NCBI GenBank assembly: GCA_902520595.1
Contig: CABYOM010000004.1
Coordinates: forward strand, 1 to 59,047
Direction of reading: 5' to 3'
DNA from: an uncultured Candidatus Poseidoniales archaeon
Lineage (GTDB): Archaea > Thermoplasmatota > Poseidoniia > Poseidoniales > Poseidoniaceae
Length of the DNA stretch: 59,047 nt
Shown: positions 38,813-48,750 of the stretch, piece by piece
Layout of the letters: the number at the start of each line of letters is the position of its first letter
Position numbering within the stretch: the stretch's first letter is position 1
Notes under the pieces: generated by a model
Told to the model about the DNA's origin: nothing
The model's database searches: none
Seen by the model: only the letters and a program-made list of their open reading frames with translations
Program-made: the position numbers and the translations under genes

Positions 38813-39129
38813 GCGCTTTCAGTCCCCGCGAGCATTTGTTTCAATTGATTGTACGTTGCAAGCAGTTCTGCTTCACGTTCAGTAAAGCGTTCGAGGTGAC
38901 CTTTCAAAGCAACGAGTGTTACCTCGAGTTCTTTGATTAGATTTGGACGGTCGTAAACTTCGACCAATACACCACCCATTTGTTGATGTAAAGCGAGATT
39001 ATCTGGCTGATTTTTGACATTTTCAATTGTTGCCTCCAATTCAACAACTTGGGCGCGAAGGTTTGCAACTTGTTGCCGTGCAGATTGCACTTCATTAACG
39101 ACGACTTGGAGTTGTTCAAGGTTATCCAT
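38809..39129 (-). CDS. pfdB: prefoldin beta subunit
   Basis: Coiled coil - beta hairpin (HQQMGGVLVE) - coiled coil; canonical position in the exosome superoperon. Confidence 0.8.
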   Translation of the reverse strand: MDNLEQLQVVVNEVQSARQQVANLRAQVVELEATIENVKNQPDNLALHQQMGGVLVEVYDRPNLIKELEVTLVALKGHLERFTEREAELLATYNQLKQMLAGTESA

Positions 39130-39147
39130 ATCTCTCACCTGTTGTGC

Positions 39148-39408
39148 TCATTCGGTTTTGGTTGATGAACCCTCGGACTTACCTGAGAGTGAGAATAGAA
39201 GAGAATCAACAGCAATTATTCCACGCATTCGAGTATTCCACATAGCACGCAAATCCTTCGATTTTTGTTCATGCAAATAAAATTCAAAACTCTCTTTCGT
39301 GGCAGACCAATGAATTTCTTCATCCGTCACCAGAGCATCAGCAAGAGCCTTGGTATCGGCACTGGTTTTTGACTGAACGCATAGAGTAAGTGACCAACTC
39401 GCAGTCAT
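39148..39408 (-). CDS. KEOPS Pcc1-like protein
   Basis: 86 aa; DLRAMWNT.MR resembles the Pcc1 LRA..NS..R motif; lies between L37Ae and prefoldin beta. Confidence 0.6.
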   Translation of the reverse strand: MTASWSLTLCVQSKTSADTKALADALVTDEEIHWSATKESFEFYLHEQKSKDLRAMWNTRMRGIIAVDSLLFSLSGKSEGSSTKTE

Positions 39409-39432
39409 GTAAAGACACTCCTTCGAGTGTAA

Positions 39433-39792
39433 TCACTCTTCTTCGGAAATTTCACCAGCAGCGAGAGCACGCTCGTAATCAAGCGCAGCCTGTTGGGCGA
39501 TGAATGCCATATCTGCTGTGGTTGCTCCTTCAACTGAACGTCGTAGAATTCGACTGTTGGTATCGGATGCTCGAGTGAATGGTTCCCATGCACCACCAGC
39601 GAAGGTGTGGTCGCACTTTGCGCAATGCCAAATTCCAACAGAAACTCTGCGGACTTTACGGTATTGACAAACAGGACACGTGTATTTTGCAGTCTTCTTT
39701 GCTAATGCAGCACCTGCGTTTCGACGGACTGAAACACCATATCGGGCTCCAAATCGTGCTGTTGCACCTGCTTTTTGTGTTCGCTTTGCCAA
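39433..39792 (-). CDS. rpl37ae: 50S ribosomal protein L37Ae (eL43)
   Basis: RFGARYG..VR, CPVC...VRR...GIWHCAKC...FAGGAW; TTG start. Confidence 0.95.
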   Translation of the reverse strand: MAKRTQKAGATARFGARYGVSVRRNAGAALAKKTAKYTCPVCQYRKVRRVSVGIWHCAKCDHTFAGGAWEPFTRASDTNSRILRRSVEGATTADMAFIAQQAALDYERALAAGEISEEE

Positions 39793-40578
39793 TCAGTTCC
39801 CCTCCTGGGTTGCTACGAGTTTACGAAGTTCGGAGCATCGCTGATGCGCCACCTCGAATATCTCTGCAAATTCCGCCGGCGTGAACACCCCTCTTAACCC
39901 CTTTTGTAGAGAGTGGAGGTGCCCTTCATCGCCAAGAGTGATGTGAATGCGCTCATCGCCACCGAGTTCTTCCTCTTCTGAAGGATCGAAAACATATCGA
40001 CCACCTACTCGAGTAAACGAAGCCATAATCGGAGTGCCATTCACTTTCAGAGTGTAATCTTCACCGACATCAAAACGTTCAGCAGGAACAACTGCGGTTC
40101 GTAGAGCTGCAATTGCTGCAAGGCCGCATGCATCAAACACATTACCGCCATCGGATAAAACATGGATGTCAATCATGACACCCCAGACTTTCTCACCAGG
40201 AACAATGCACAGACTTTCCATGTCAATGCATCCCGATTCACGAATTCCTCGGTCAACAACACGTCCAAGTTCAATGGATTGGGGTGATGGTGGTCCAGGC
40301 TCATATTTTCGGTGTGCAACCGGTCGCAACTCGGCGCCACACATCAAAGAACCTTGAGAGGGTCGGTCTGGCCAAGGAGTACGTATTTCGAACTTCACAC
40401 CGGCGTAAACAATGGTTTTACCCATGACGACTTTCGCAGAACCTTCAGCATTGTAAAGGCAATCGATTTGTAAATCAACATCGCGTCCATCCCAACGGCC
40501 ACGGCCATCGAGGCGAAGATCATCGTCAGCAAGTCGAGCAAGTTCTTGGCGAAGAAGAGTTGGTACGAGTTCGACCAT
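39793..40578 (-). CDS. rrp42: exosome complex component Rrp42
   Basis: RLDGR, AEGSA, EPGPP....ELGRVVDRGIRES, DGGN.FDA, QKG. Confidence 0.93.
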   Translation of the reverse strand: MVELVPTLLRQELARLADDDLRLDGRGRWDGRDVDLQIDCLYNAEGSAKVVMGKTIVYAGVKFEIRTPWPDRPSQGSLMCGAELRPVAHRKYEPGPPSPQSIELGRVVDRGIRESGCIDMESLCIVPGEKVWGVMIDIHVLSDGGNVFDACGLAAIAALRTAVVPAERFDVGEDYTLKVNGTPIMASFTRVGGRYVFDPSEEEELGGDERIHITLGDEGHLHSLQKGLRGVFTPAEFAEIFEVAHQRCSELRKLVATQEGN

Positions 40579-41306
40579 CAGTTCTCACCTCCTTCGTATC
40601 GGCGCTTGAGCGCATCAACCATAATTTCATGAATCTCTGCAGCTGCTTTGAAATTGTATTCCATTGCAAGATTGTATTCATCTGGAGAGAGGTCGCCATC
40701 CATTTGCAAGAAGGCAATTTCTCCCGTATTTGGCAATATGCCAACAGGCAAGTCTGCTTGACCGTAATTGTCTTCAGCCTTGTCCAAATCTAAAACAACA
40801 ATGTCTTCGACTTTTCCAGAAGCAACACCGACAAGAAGGTCTCTCATTGGAATTCCAGCATCAGCCAAAGCAACCGATGCGGCAGTGATACCTGCACACC
40901 GAGTTCCCGCCTCTGCAGCGAGAATCTCTATTTCAACACGAATCTTCGATCGTGGATAGCGTTCGACGAGAACAACTGATTCAAGAGCCTCAGCAGTCAC
41001 TTTCGAAATTTCTCGAGAACGGCGGTTGAAACCTGGCCGAATTCGGTCGCTTGTTGAGAATGGAGCCATGTTGTAACGAACATCGATAACAGCACGGTCC
41101 TGTCGCTGAATCTTACGTGGATGTGCCTCCATAGGCCCATACACAGCAGCAACTGCAACATTCAATCCATGCGTAACCATCGCTGAACCATCAGCAGCAG
41201 GAAGAATTCCTGCCTCGATGGTCACTGGTCGCATTTCGTCAAGCTTGCGTCCGTCCAGTCGAAGACCGTCGTCGCGTAATAATTTCACATCACCGTATCC
41301 GCCCAT
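40578..41306 (-). CDS. rrp41: exosome complex exonuclease Rrp41
   Basis: RLDGRK.DE.R, ADGSA, RYNMAPFS, RRSREISKV, AGTRCA, EDNYG.AD, LQMDG. Confidence 0.95.
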   Translation of the reverse strand: MGGYGDVKLLRDDGLRLDGRKLDEMRPVTIEAGILPAADGSAMVTHGLNVAVAAVYGPMEAHPRKIQRQDRAVIDVRYNMAPFSTSDRIRPGFNRRSREISKVTAEALESVVLVERYPRSKIRVEIEILAAEAGTRCAGITAASVALADAGIPMRDLLVGVASGKVEDIVVLDLDKAEDNYGQADLPVGILPNTGEIAFLQMDGDLSPDEYNLAMEYNFKAAAEIHEIMVDALKRRYEGGEN

Positions 41307-42001
41307 TAAGCATCACCATTTGTTGGAGCATTTTTTTCAAGAGCAGAGAGGTCTGCTTCGAATGATTCTTTGTGTCCAGAAGTGTGAACCAAATCGATTG
41401 CCTGGCGAGCCCAAGCAATTCCATCAGCGTCACCATCGACCCAAACTTTACCATTTTCACCGACGATGATTCTGCAATCGCATGCATCACGAAGTCGTTG
41501 AATGGTAGCATTACCTTCACCACGAAGGCGTTCTATGTGAGTTACAGGAACTGAATGAACTGAACCTTGATTGAGACGTCGCAGACCAACACCTTTCATT
41601 GTAAGCACGACATTATGGCATTCATCGACTTCTTGAACACGTGCCAAGACTACATCTCCAATACCCATGTGCTGTCGAGCAGCTCCGAATTCGACTTTCC
41701 AAGGTGCGAGTGACATTGGTAAAAGTCCTTGAAATGGTCCGTTGATATTCATGAACCAAAGATTGTTGCGAACTTCAGCAACCGTTGCAACGATGAGGTC
41801 GCCTGAACGTGGCATGTATGCACTGTTAATCGGGTCGACTGAAACCGTGTTGTTAAGGTGTTTAACCCACCCGAGACGGGTGGCTATAATTGTATCATTT
41901 TGTGCGAGTGCACCACTTCCTACGCGCATCCCGGCAGATGGCCCAATAGCCATACCCGGGGTCACGAGGCGCAGCTCGGCGCCGTTTTGACCGTTGGACA
42001 T
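41306..42001 (-). CDS. rrp4: exosome RNA-binding protein Rrp4
   Basis: LVTPG, YMPRSGD, S1 and KH domains, IIVGENGKVW. Confidence 0.9.
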   Translation of the reverse strand: MSNGQNGAELRLVTPGMAIGPSAGMRVGSGALAQNDTIIATRLGWVKHLNNTVSVDPINSAYMPRSGDLIVATVAEVRNNLWFMNINGPFQGLLPMSLAPWKVEFGAARQHMGIGDVVLARVQEVDECHNVVLTMKGVGLRRLNQGSVHSVPVTHIERLRGEGNATIQRLRDACDCRIIVGENGKVWVDGDADGIAWARQAIDLVHTSGHKESFEADLSALEKNAPTNGDA

Positions 42002-42083
42002 TTCTTTCTCTCCAATTGTGGCGAATCGCCTACCCATGATAAAGCCGACCCTTAGAGAATCTATTGAACAAGGCAACTCAAAC

Positions 42084-42770
42084 TTATAATTCTCTGAACT
42101 CAGTGTCCGAAGATTGACGCATAAGTTTTCCAATAATTGTGTCCTTCATCCCGGCAGGTAACTCAATAATTGCCGCCCATGTACCGTTTTCGAGCCACTG
42201 CTCTTTTTCCATATATTGCCGCAGCACTCTCGAGGCTGAACCGTAAGCAGAACCGGGAACACGGATTGCCAGACGAATCGACTCAAAGGAAAGAGGAATC
42301 ATTGGCTTCAACAATTCAATGGCATCCTTTACCTGGTCCTCTAACCGCTTGAAGGGGTCTACAGAATACCTGGATTCATCAAGCGCTAACTCAATGCGAG
42401 TTTTTGGATGTGGACTTTTTGATTTCGGATCAACCGCCATTGTGTGAATCTCATGGACAATTTGTTGACGCATTTGCTCGACTCTTGCTTTTCGTTGGGC
42501 AGTTGTCAGTTGGATACTTCCTTTCGACAGAATAATCTTTGCAATTTCCAAAATATCCTGCGTTCCAAATGTATTTTCAATTGCCTCTTCTGTGGGACGT
42601 TCTGCACCACGGATGTCATGGAATACCTCATCCATTGCGAGAAATTGGTCGATGTCAACAGAAGTTGGATCTGCTTTGAAATCTTCAACTGAATTCGGAT
42701 CGACAAGTAGTTCGTATCGCTTTCCACCTTTTTCCATGCGTGCAAGCACGGCATCATCGAGACTTACCAT
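42084..42770 (-). CDS. ribosome maturation factor SBDS/Sdo1
   Basis: AVLAR...G.RYELLVDP, FGT.D, G.IQLT..QR, PHP..RIE.A. Confidence 0.93.
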   Translation of the reverse strand: MVSLDDAVLARMEKGGKRYELLVDPNSVEDFKADPTSVDIDQFLAMDEVFHDIRGAERPTEEAIENTFGTQDILEIAKIILSKGSIQLTTAQRKARVEQMRQQIVHEIHTMAVDPKSKSPHPKTRIELALDESRYSVDPFKRLEDQVKDAIELLKPMIPLSFESIRLAIRVPGSAYGSASRVLRQYMEKEQWLENGTWAAIIELPAGMKDTIIGKLMRQSSDTEFREL

Positions 42771-42824
42771 ATTCTCCCTCGTGTTTAGGTGGGGGAGACA
42801 GCATTTGAACGTGGCTATCTAATT

Positions 42825-43547
42825 TCACTCTTCCAACGGTTTGAGCCGGTCGATTTGCTTGTTGACCTCAGAGCGGTCGAGCACACGGTATCCATCAGCA
42901 TCGACTACAGTCACTTCAACTGCTTCACGGTTAAGTTCAGTATCGTTTGCGCTGCGAAGAGCTTCAAGACCGAGTTTCATGGCAGCGTTTAGCGTCAAAC
43001 CTTCTTTCCAGTTAGACTCAAAGAATTCTATCACAGTGTTTCGTCCGCTTCCAATAGCCCCTGCATGGTAGGATTGGTATGCACCACTTGGGTCAGTCTC
43101 GTAGAGGTGGATACCATTGTCGTCAACCCCACCGATGAGGAGAGCGGTTCCAAATGGTCGAGAACCTCCATATTGGGTGAAGGATTGCTTGAAATCACAA
43201 AGTTTCTTGACAAGGACATCAACTGGAACTCGTGCTGCATAAGTGATGCGATTAACTTGGGCATCAACACGAGCACGGGCTACTAACTGACGAGCGTCAG
43301 CAACAAGCCCGGAGGTTGCAATACCAATGTGGCCGTCGACTTTGAACATCTTTTCAATCGACTCAGGAATAATCAGTCGGCTTACAATGCGCTTGTCGCA
43401 GACTAAAACAACACCGTCACGGAACTTCAAACCTGCAGTCGTGGTTCCTCTTTTGACTGATTCTCGTGCATATTCAACTTGGAACAATCGTCCGTCTGGG
43501 CTGAATGTCGTAATTCCGTGGTCGTATCCTCTTCCGCTTGGTTGCAT
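42825..43547 (-). CDS. psmA: proteasome alpha subunit
   Basis: YD..ITTFSPDGRLFQVEYA, SGLVADAR, RPFG, TDPSG. Confidence 0.97.
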   Translation of the reverse strand: MQPSGRGYDHGITTFSPDGRLFQVEYARESVKRGTTTAGLKFRDGVVLVCDKRIVSRLIIPESIEKMFKVDGHIGIATSGLVADARQLVARARVDAQVNRITYAARVPVDVLVKKLCDFKQSFTQYGGSRPFGTALLIGGVDDNGIHLYETDPSGAYQSYHAGAIGSGRNTVIEFFESNWKEGLTLNAAMKLGLEALRSANDTELNREAVEVTVVDADGYRVLDRSEVNKQIDRLKPLEE

Positions 43548-43587
43548 GTCGTCACTCTCAATGTTCCGTTAAATCGACGCTTTATGA

Positions 43588-43669
43588 GGATGAGGGTTCA
43601 AGTGAATGAATCATCGCACGTAGGCCGAGACACTTTGCTGAGTTCGCCACCCCATTTGAACCCTCACCC
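43588..43669. repeat. 17-bp imperfect inverted repeat between divergent psmA and dph6
   Basis: GGATGAGGGTTCAAGTG (43588-43604) / CATTTGAACCCTCACCC (43653-43669), with one mismatch and one G-T pair. Confidence 0.65.
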
Positions 43670-43717
43670 AAACCACTTCACCCCTAAACTCTTCAAATAG
43701 TTCTCCTTAGGAAGTAT

Positions 43718-44383
43718 ATGCGAGTCGCTGTCCTGTCTTCAGGTGGTAAAGATTCTGCTGCTGCATGGTGGTGGGCTATGTGCAAAGGCTGGGAAGTCAC
43801 ACACTTGGTCACAGTTCGAGTAACTGGAGGAGATTCATGGATGTTTCAGGTCCCGGGAACGCACTTAGTTGAATACCAAGCTAAACTTGCCGGTATCGAA
43901 TGGATTCAAGTCGAATCGAGAGGCGAACAAGAAGTAGAAATCGACGACCTAGAACAGGCCCTTTCGGAACTAAAAATCGACGGCGTTGTTAGCGGAGCGT
44001 TGAGATCAGACTATCAAAAAAGTAGAATTGAAAGAATGGCTGAACGGTTGAACATCAAAAGTTGGACACCATTATGGCATCAAAAGAGTCAATTACACAT
44101 GAAAGGACTGATTGAGAATGGATTTCAAGTATTCATCACTGGAGTGAGCAGTGAGGGACTTGGTAGGGAATGGATTGGCAGGACGCTCGACGCTTCATCG
44201 CTTCTAAAACTGGAAGAATTATCACAAAAATACAGATTCAATATTGATGGGGAAGGTGGCGAATACGAAACATTGGTCACTGGAGGGCCACATTTTGCGG
44301 GCCACCTTGAACTGGACGGAACCGTACACTGGGATGGACGTAGAGGAACATTCGAAATCGAACAGGTTCACTGTATCGCTTGA
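43718..44383 (+). CDS. dph6: diphthine--ammonia ligase
   Basis: PP-loop SSGGKDS, GAL.SDYQ..R, PLW, GEGGEYET.V..P.F. Confidence 0.88.
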   Translation: MRVAVLSSGGKDSAAAWWWAMCKGWEVTHLVTVRVTGGDSWMFQVPGTHLVEYQAKLAGIEWIQVESRGEQEVEIDDLEQALSELKIDGVVSGALRSDYQKSRIERMAERLNIKSWTPLWHQKSQLHMKGLIENGFQVFITGVSSEGLGREWIGRTLDASSLLKLEELSQKYRFNIDGEGGEYETLVTGGPHFAGHLELDGTVHWDGRRGTFEIEQVHCIA

Positions 44384-45717
44384 CGAGCAAGTGCTACGCA
44401 TTCATCGACAATTTCTCCTGAAACTCCGATGTGATTTGCTGGCTCGAACATCGCTTCTAATTCTTCAGCAGAAAAGGCGGCAGCAATAGCTGGAGTTCGA
44501 CTGCAAACATCGATGAGTTCAATATTTTTGTCCACTGCCTCGAAAGATGCTGCTCGAAGAATTTCATGGGCTTCATCACGTGGAATACCGTGGTCGACCA
44601 GGTCAATCATCACTTTTTCAGCCATCACTAAACCGTTCTGTGAATGAATATTAGCAAGACAGCGCTCTGCATCAACCCACATGTTTTTCAAAACGTCACG
44701 GGTTTTCGCCATCACATCTTCGCAAAGTGCAGACGCATGCGAAAGTGTGAACCGTTCACTGCTGGAGTTCGCCAAATCACGCTCATGCCAAAGTAATGCG
44801 TTTTCATAAGTCGGGATAATCATAGCACGGACAATTCGTGCCAATCCACTTGCATTTTCTGACTTAATAGGGTTCTTTTTATGAGCCATTGTTGAAGAAC
44901 CAACTTGCTTTTCAACATCGAATCCTTCACCTGCTTCACGTATTTCTGAGCGTTGAAGGTTACGAACCTCTTGGAGTATTTTCTCACAACTTGCAGCAAC
45001 ATTTGCGAGCCAAGAAACATACTCTATGTATCGGTCTCGACCGACCACCTGTGTCGTTGCCAATGGTACCCCAAGTCCTAAGTGAGTCAAAATTAAACGC
45101 TGTAATTCACGAGCGTTTTCACCTTGCGCAGCACCTGTCCCGACCGCTCCTAGGAATTTACCTACAGATATCCGTGGCGAAGCTTCATCGAGGCGAATTA
45201 ATTGACGGCGGAGTTCATCGAGCCAAACTGCTGCTTTCAATCCAAACGTGATCGGCACAGCTGCTTGACCGTGTGTACGACCGAGCATGACGGTATCTCG
45301 TTCTCGTTCAGCGACGTCTGCACAGACACCAATCAGTAAGCAGAGTTGTTCACGCAATAAGACAATACTGTCTCGAAGCTGAAGTGCGACCGCTGTGTCA
45401 ACAATGTCATTGGATGTTGCTCCAAGGTGAATACACCATCCCGCTTCACCAGCAGCCTCTGCCATGGCCTTGGTCAGGGCCATTATGTCATGCCGTGTTT
45501 CAGCTTCAATTTCAGACACACGTTCTTTTGTTACAGAAACTGGATTCGAAATAGAGGCAACAATGTTGTAGTCTTCTTCAGTTACGCGTCCAAGTTGCAT
45601 ATGAGCCCAAATCAGTGCTCGTTCAACCTCAAGCTGGCGCTCATGACGTCCAACCTCAGACCATATTCGTTTGAAGTCTTGGCAGCCGTAGCGGTAATCA
45701 AGTGGGCAGAAGGCCAT
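44368..45717 (-). CDS. purB: adenylosuccinate lyase
   Basis: PLDYRYG, TRHD, HLGATSND, GRTHGQ, GAVG, GSSTMAHKKNP, ERDL.NS. Confidence 0.95.
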   Translation of the reverse strand: MAFCPLDYRYGCQDFKRIWSEVGRHERQLEVERALIWAHMQLGRVTEEDYNIVASISNPVSVTKERVSEIEAETRHDIMALTKAMAEAAGEAGWCIHLGATSNDIVDTAVALQLRDSIVLLREQLCLLIGVCADVAERERDTVMLGRTHGQAAVPITFGLKAAVWLDELRRQLIRLDEASPRISVGKFLGAVGTGAAQGENARELQRLILTHLGLGVPLATTQVVGRDRYIEYVSWLANVAASCEKILQEVRNLQRSEIREAGEGFDVEKQVGSSTMAHKKNPIKSENASGLARIVRAMIIPTYENALLWHERDLANSSSERFTLSHASALCEDVMAKTRDVLKNMWVDAERCLANIHSQNGLVMAEKVMIDLVDHGIPRDEAHEILRAASFEAVDKNIELIDVCSRTPAIAAAFSAEELEAMFEPANHIGVSGEIVDECVALARQAIQ

Positions 45718-45790
45718 ATTGGAGTCAGCACGCCACGCTTCATCAACATTGCCTTTGAAAAATATGCCATTCAGAGGCAGAGGTCTTGAT

Positions 45791-46219
45791 TCATTCATCC
45801 TGATCGACAGGTCCCATAACCGAGCGTATGAGAATGATAGCCAGAATTGTTGAGAGAACAAACGAAACACCGACATAAAGCGAGATGTTGTACCACATCA
45901 TCCCAACACCAACCAGCGAAGCATACGATACGATTTGGCAGATTGCAGAAGCAAAATGCAACCTGTCCATGCGCTCTTGACTGAGCTTGCCATTATGTTC
46001 AAGTAAAAAGGTGTAAATCAAAAAGTAGATTCCTTGAAACGGAATTGTCGCCGCTATAATGGCAAGAGCAATCTCACGAATAAAGGTCGGATTCGATTCC
46101 TGTTCCATTCCTTGAAAAAGCATGAAAGCGGTGTTGGTTCCGAGGAGTGCCGCCATTATTGTCCAGCGCTTGTCTTGAGATGAAGTTCGACTTTCAACAT
46201 TCACCGATTCCTCACTCAT
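45791..46219 (-). CDS. hypothetical 4-TM membrane protein
   Basis: Four hydrophobic segments; promoter-like box 23 nt before ATG 46219. Confidence 0.7.
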   Translation of the reverse strand: MSEESVNVESRTSSQDKRWTIMAALLGTNTAFMLFQGMEQESNPTFIREIALAIIAATIPFQGIYFLIYTFLLEHNGKLSQERMDRLHFASAICQIVSYASLVGVGMMWYNISLYVGVSFVLSTILAIILIRSVMGPVDQDE

Positions 46220-46313
46220 AGCCCCTACGCTGTGAGGAAAGGGTTTGATGTTTACCGTCCAATACACCCTCAAAGATGAGGTTTTCACATGCACCAATCA
46301 ACTTTCGATTCTA

Positions 46314-46568
46314 TCAAAAAGGTATCCAAGACCAAAGAAAACTAAAGTCTAGAATACTCAAAATTTTGATTATTGCCCCAGTTACCGTCGCTGATATAAG
46401 AAGAACGAGAAGCATAGAAAGGGGACCATACTGGTTTGAATCACGGAAGAGTGTGCGAATAATTCCGTCCCGTTTCAAAGCCTCCATGAATGAAGATGCT
46501 TCGGAATAATCCGGGAGTGGTCGGCGTGGAATTCGCTCACCTTCTCGAACAATGAGGTCGTCGCCCAT
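46314..46568 (-). CDS. small hypothetical membrane protein
   Basis: MGDDLIVREG start with a box 22 nt upstream; C-terminal TM helix. Confidence 0.6.
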   Translation of the reverse strand: MGDDLIVREGERIPRRPLPDYSEASSFMEALKRDGIIRTLFRDSNQYGPLSMLLVLLISATVTGAIIKILSILDFSFLWSWIPF

Positions 46569-46656
46569 GAGGCTGGGTTGAAGAGGTAGGGCATGAATGT
46601 TCCTCAAAAAATCAAACGTGGGTAAGTATCAATGCCGAGTGCCTCTTCAGCGGTCT

Positions 46657-47247
46657 ATGGGCAGAGCACGCTTTGAAGCAAGTGGAAAGCATATCCATTT
46701 GGCTGTTGAAGGAAGCATAGGCGGGACAAGCCTCGGATTGCATATGGCCACTGATGTTATTGAACAAGGTGGAAGAGTCCTGTGGGCCTCTCCGATGATG
46801 CCAGACAATGTTCGGTTTGGGCAGATATTTTCTCATCTTTCAATTGCTCATTCATCTCGATATCATGCAATGAATTTGGTTGGTGATTTTGATCAGGCAA
46901 TGGATATTTTGATTCAGACTTCAAATTCGTTACCAAGTGTAGAACTGGTCGTGTTGGATGATTGGTGTGACTCTTCAGGAAAAATACCAGCCGCCAGAAT
47001 TGCTGCGGTTCAGAGACTTTCTGAGCAAATTGATCCCTCGATTTGTCTGCTGCTTACCAGTAAAGGAAGTATCGACGCAAGTGGAAATTCCAAGGATGCC
47101 ATAGTTGCTCGTGGTCGAGAAGCAATGAGCAATGCAGGCTTTGAAATCTGGAGATTGGAGCGGCCGAAGGACGGAGCTCACAGAATTTTGGTTCAGCAAG
47201 ATGGGTCAATAGAATTGAAGTTAGAAGAAGAAGGGTATTTTCTCTAA
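46657..47247 (+). CDS. RecA/RadB-fold protein with a degenerate P-loop
   Basis: EGSIGGTSL.L (Walker A remnant), GGRVLW, LVVLDD (Walker B), C-terminal RILV...IELKLEEEG beta strands. Confidence 0.6.
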   Translation: MGRARFEASGKHIHLAVEGSIGGTSLGLHMATDVIEQGGRVLWASPMMPDNVRFGQIFSHLSIAHSSRYHAMNLVGDFDQAMDILIQTSNSLPSVELVVLDDWCDSSGKIPAARIAAVQRLSEQIDPSICLLLTSKGSIDASGNSKDAIVARGREAMSNAGFEIWRLERPKDGAHRILVQQDGSIELKLEEEGYFL

Positions 47248-47498
47248 GCTTCATCTTCTTCGTCTTCACCGAGTAATTCCGCCATTTCTTCGAGTGCTTC
47301 ATCATCCGGTTCATCAAACTGGCTCGGATTTTTTGCACCGCCACCAAGTGTATCTTCTCCAGCAATCTTCGGAGCAGCATCCTCAAGCATCGACTGGCGG
47401 TTTTCAGCGGCACGCTTTGCAATAAACCAAGCCATCCCCAAAAACAGCACGACAAGTACAACATAGGCTATATTCTTGGTTAACTCTTCACTCGCCAT
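47244..47498 (-). CDS. small single-TM protein with an acidic tail
   Basis: TM helix followed by GEDTL.GGA.NP.QFDEPDDEAL. Confidence 0.65.
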   Translation of the reverse strand: MASEELTKNIAYVVLVVLFLGMAWFIAKRAAENRQSMLEDAAPKIAGEDTLGGGAKNPSQFDEPDDEALEEMAELLGEDEEDEA

Positions 47499-47555
47499 AT
47501 TCTTGTCAATCAACGATGTGACTTATTTATTTCCCAAGAACTGAACTGGATTGAT

Positions 47556-48746
47556 TCAATCAAGCCACTCCAATGGTCGAGCAAGATGTCTACGAGCATC
47601 GGCCGGAGGCTGAACCCATGAATCGTAAGGTGGAACACGTGGAATTTCTAACCAGACCTCTTCCGTGCGTAGTTTGCACTTCGGACAACGGCATCCTTGT
47701 CCTCGCCCCATTGACTTCATGCGAACTCCACACTTTTCACAGAAAGGTCGTTGTTGGTTTGGGACAGATGAAACAACACGCAATTTCTCAAGATGTAGAA
47801 CACCGAACTCAGGGGAGATTCCGTTTCCAAGCACAACATCGCCGGGTTGGAGCCATTGTGCAAGTTTCTTAACCGAACCCGATTCGGAAAATGCTAACCA
47901 TTTACCGTGCTCTGTTGTTAGTACACAATGCCCTCGATTCAACACTTCAACGTCAGCAATTGATGCTCGGAGCGGTTCGCCAAGATGGTCATCTGTTGCC
48001 TGATTGGTAGCAAAAGTGCGTAAGCCGATTGAAGGTTCAGTTGATTCGGCAGAGAGGAGTATTTCTGCAGCACTGTTAGCTGTTTTTTCGTCACGTGCCC
48101 GTAATCCAAAGAGAACTGGACAAGGGCCCCGAGGTGCAACCATACCCGTTCCTTTTCGAGGATCTCGTGAGAGAAATGTAGATTCGATAGCGTCGACTAA
48201 ATCCAATGTTTTTTCACAAACAGAACGCTGTATAACGCCATGTCGATTCGGTAGACGCCATGCAATCGCTTCCCATGTTTGCTTCTTCCCATGCCAAGCA
48301 ACAGCCGCAGTAGCTCCAATTCTGCCTTGTCCACCCCAACAGCGGTCCGCTTGGGGAACCTCATCTAAGTGAACTTCTGATTGAACAGCCTTGGTATAAA
48401 ATGATTCATCAATGGTTGAATCTGAAAACCAAACCATACCAGGGTCTGCCGGATACTGTTTTCGCTCATCATGAGTAGAGTTGGATACATTTCCTTTGAG
48501 AGGCATCAAGTGTTTTTCCCAATAACGGTCAAGATGTTCAAGGAGCATAGGCTCATTTTCTGTCACCAATTCAACAGCAACAGCTGCATTACCTCGAGTG
48601 CGATGTTGAGCGAACGGCCAAAGCCGGACCAAGCGTGGGGTTTTGATTGAAACTGAATCTGGCAAACTTTTCAGAAGAAGATGGAATGAATATGTCGTAC
48701 ATCCTTGATTAAGGCTGTCGGTATCATCCAATCCTAGCCAACCCAT
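47556..48746 (-). CDS. tiaS: tRNA(Ile2) agmatinylcytidine synthetase
   Basis: GLDDTDS..GCTT, P.LVRL.P....TRGNAA, P.GP.PVL.G.R, TNQATDDHL, OB fold and C-terminal zinc ribbon. Confidence 0.9.
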   Translation of the reverse strand: MGWLGLDDTDSLNQGCTTYSFHLLLKSLPDSVSIKTPRLVRLWPFAQHRTRGNAAVAVELVTENEPMLLEHLDRYWEKHLMPLKGNVSNSTHDERKQYPADPGMVWFSDSTIDESFYTKAVQSEVHLDEVPQADRCWGGQGRIGATAAVAWHGKKQTWEAIAWRLPNRHGVIQRSVCEKTLDLVDAIESTFLSRDPRKGTGMVAPRGPCPVLFGLRARDEKTANSAAEILLSAESTEPSIGLRTFATNQATDDHLGEPLRASIADVEVLNRGHCVLTTEHGKWLAFSESGSVKKLAQWLQPGDVVLGNGISPEFGVLHLEKLRVVSSVPNQQRPFCEKCGVRMKSMGRGQGCRCPKCKLRTEEVWLEIPRVPPYDSWVQPPADARRHLARPLEWLD

Positions 48747-48750
48747 CAAA

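Noticed and set aside
38809-43547. Proteasome-exosome superoperon as a novelty
   Set aside because: This is a well-known conserved archaeal gene order.
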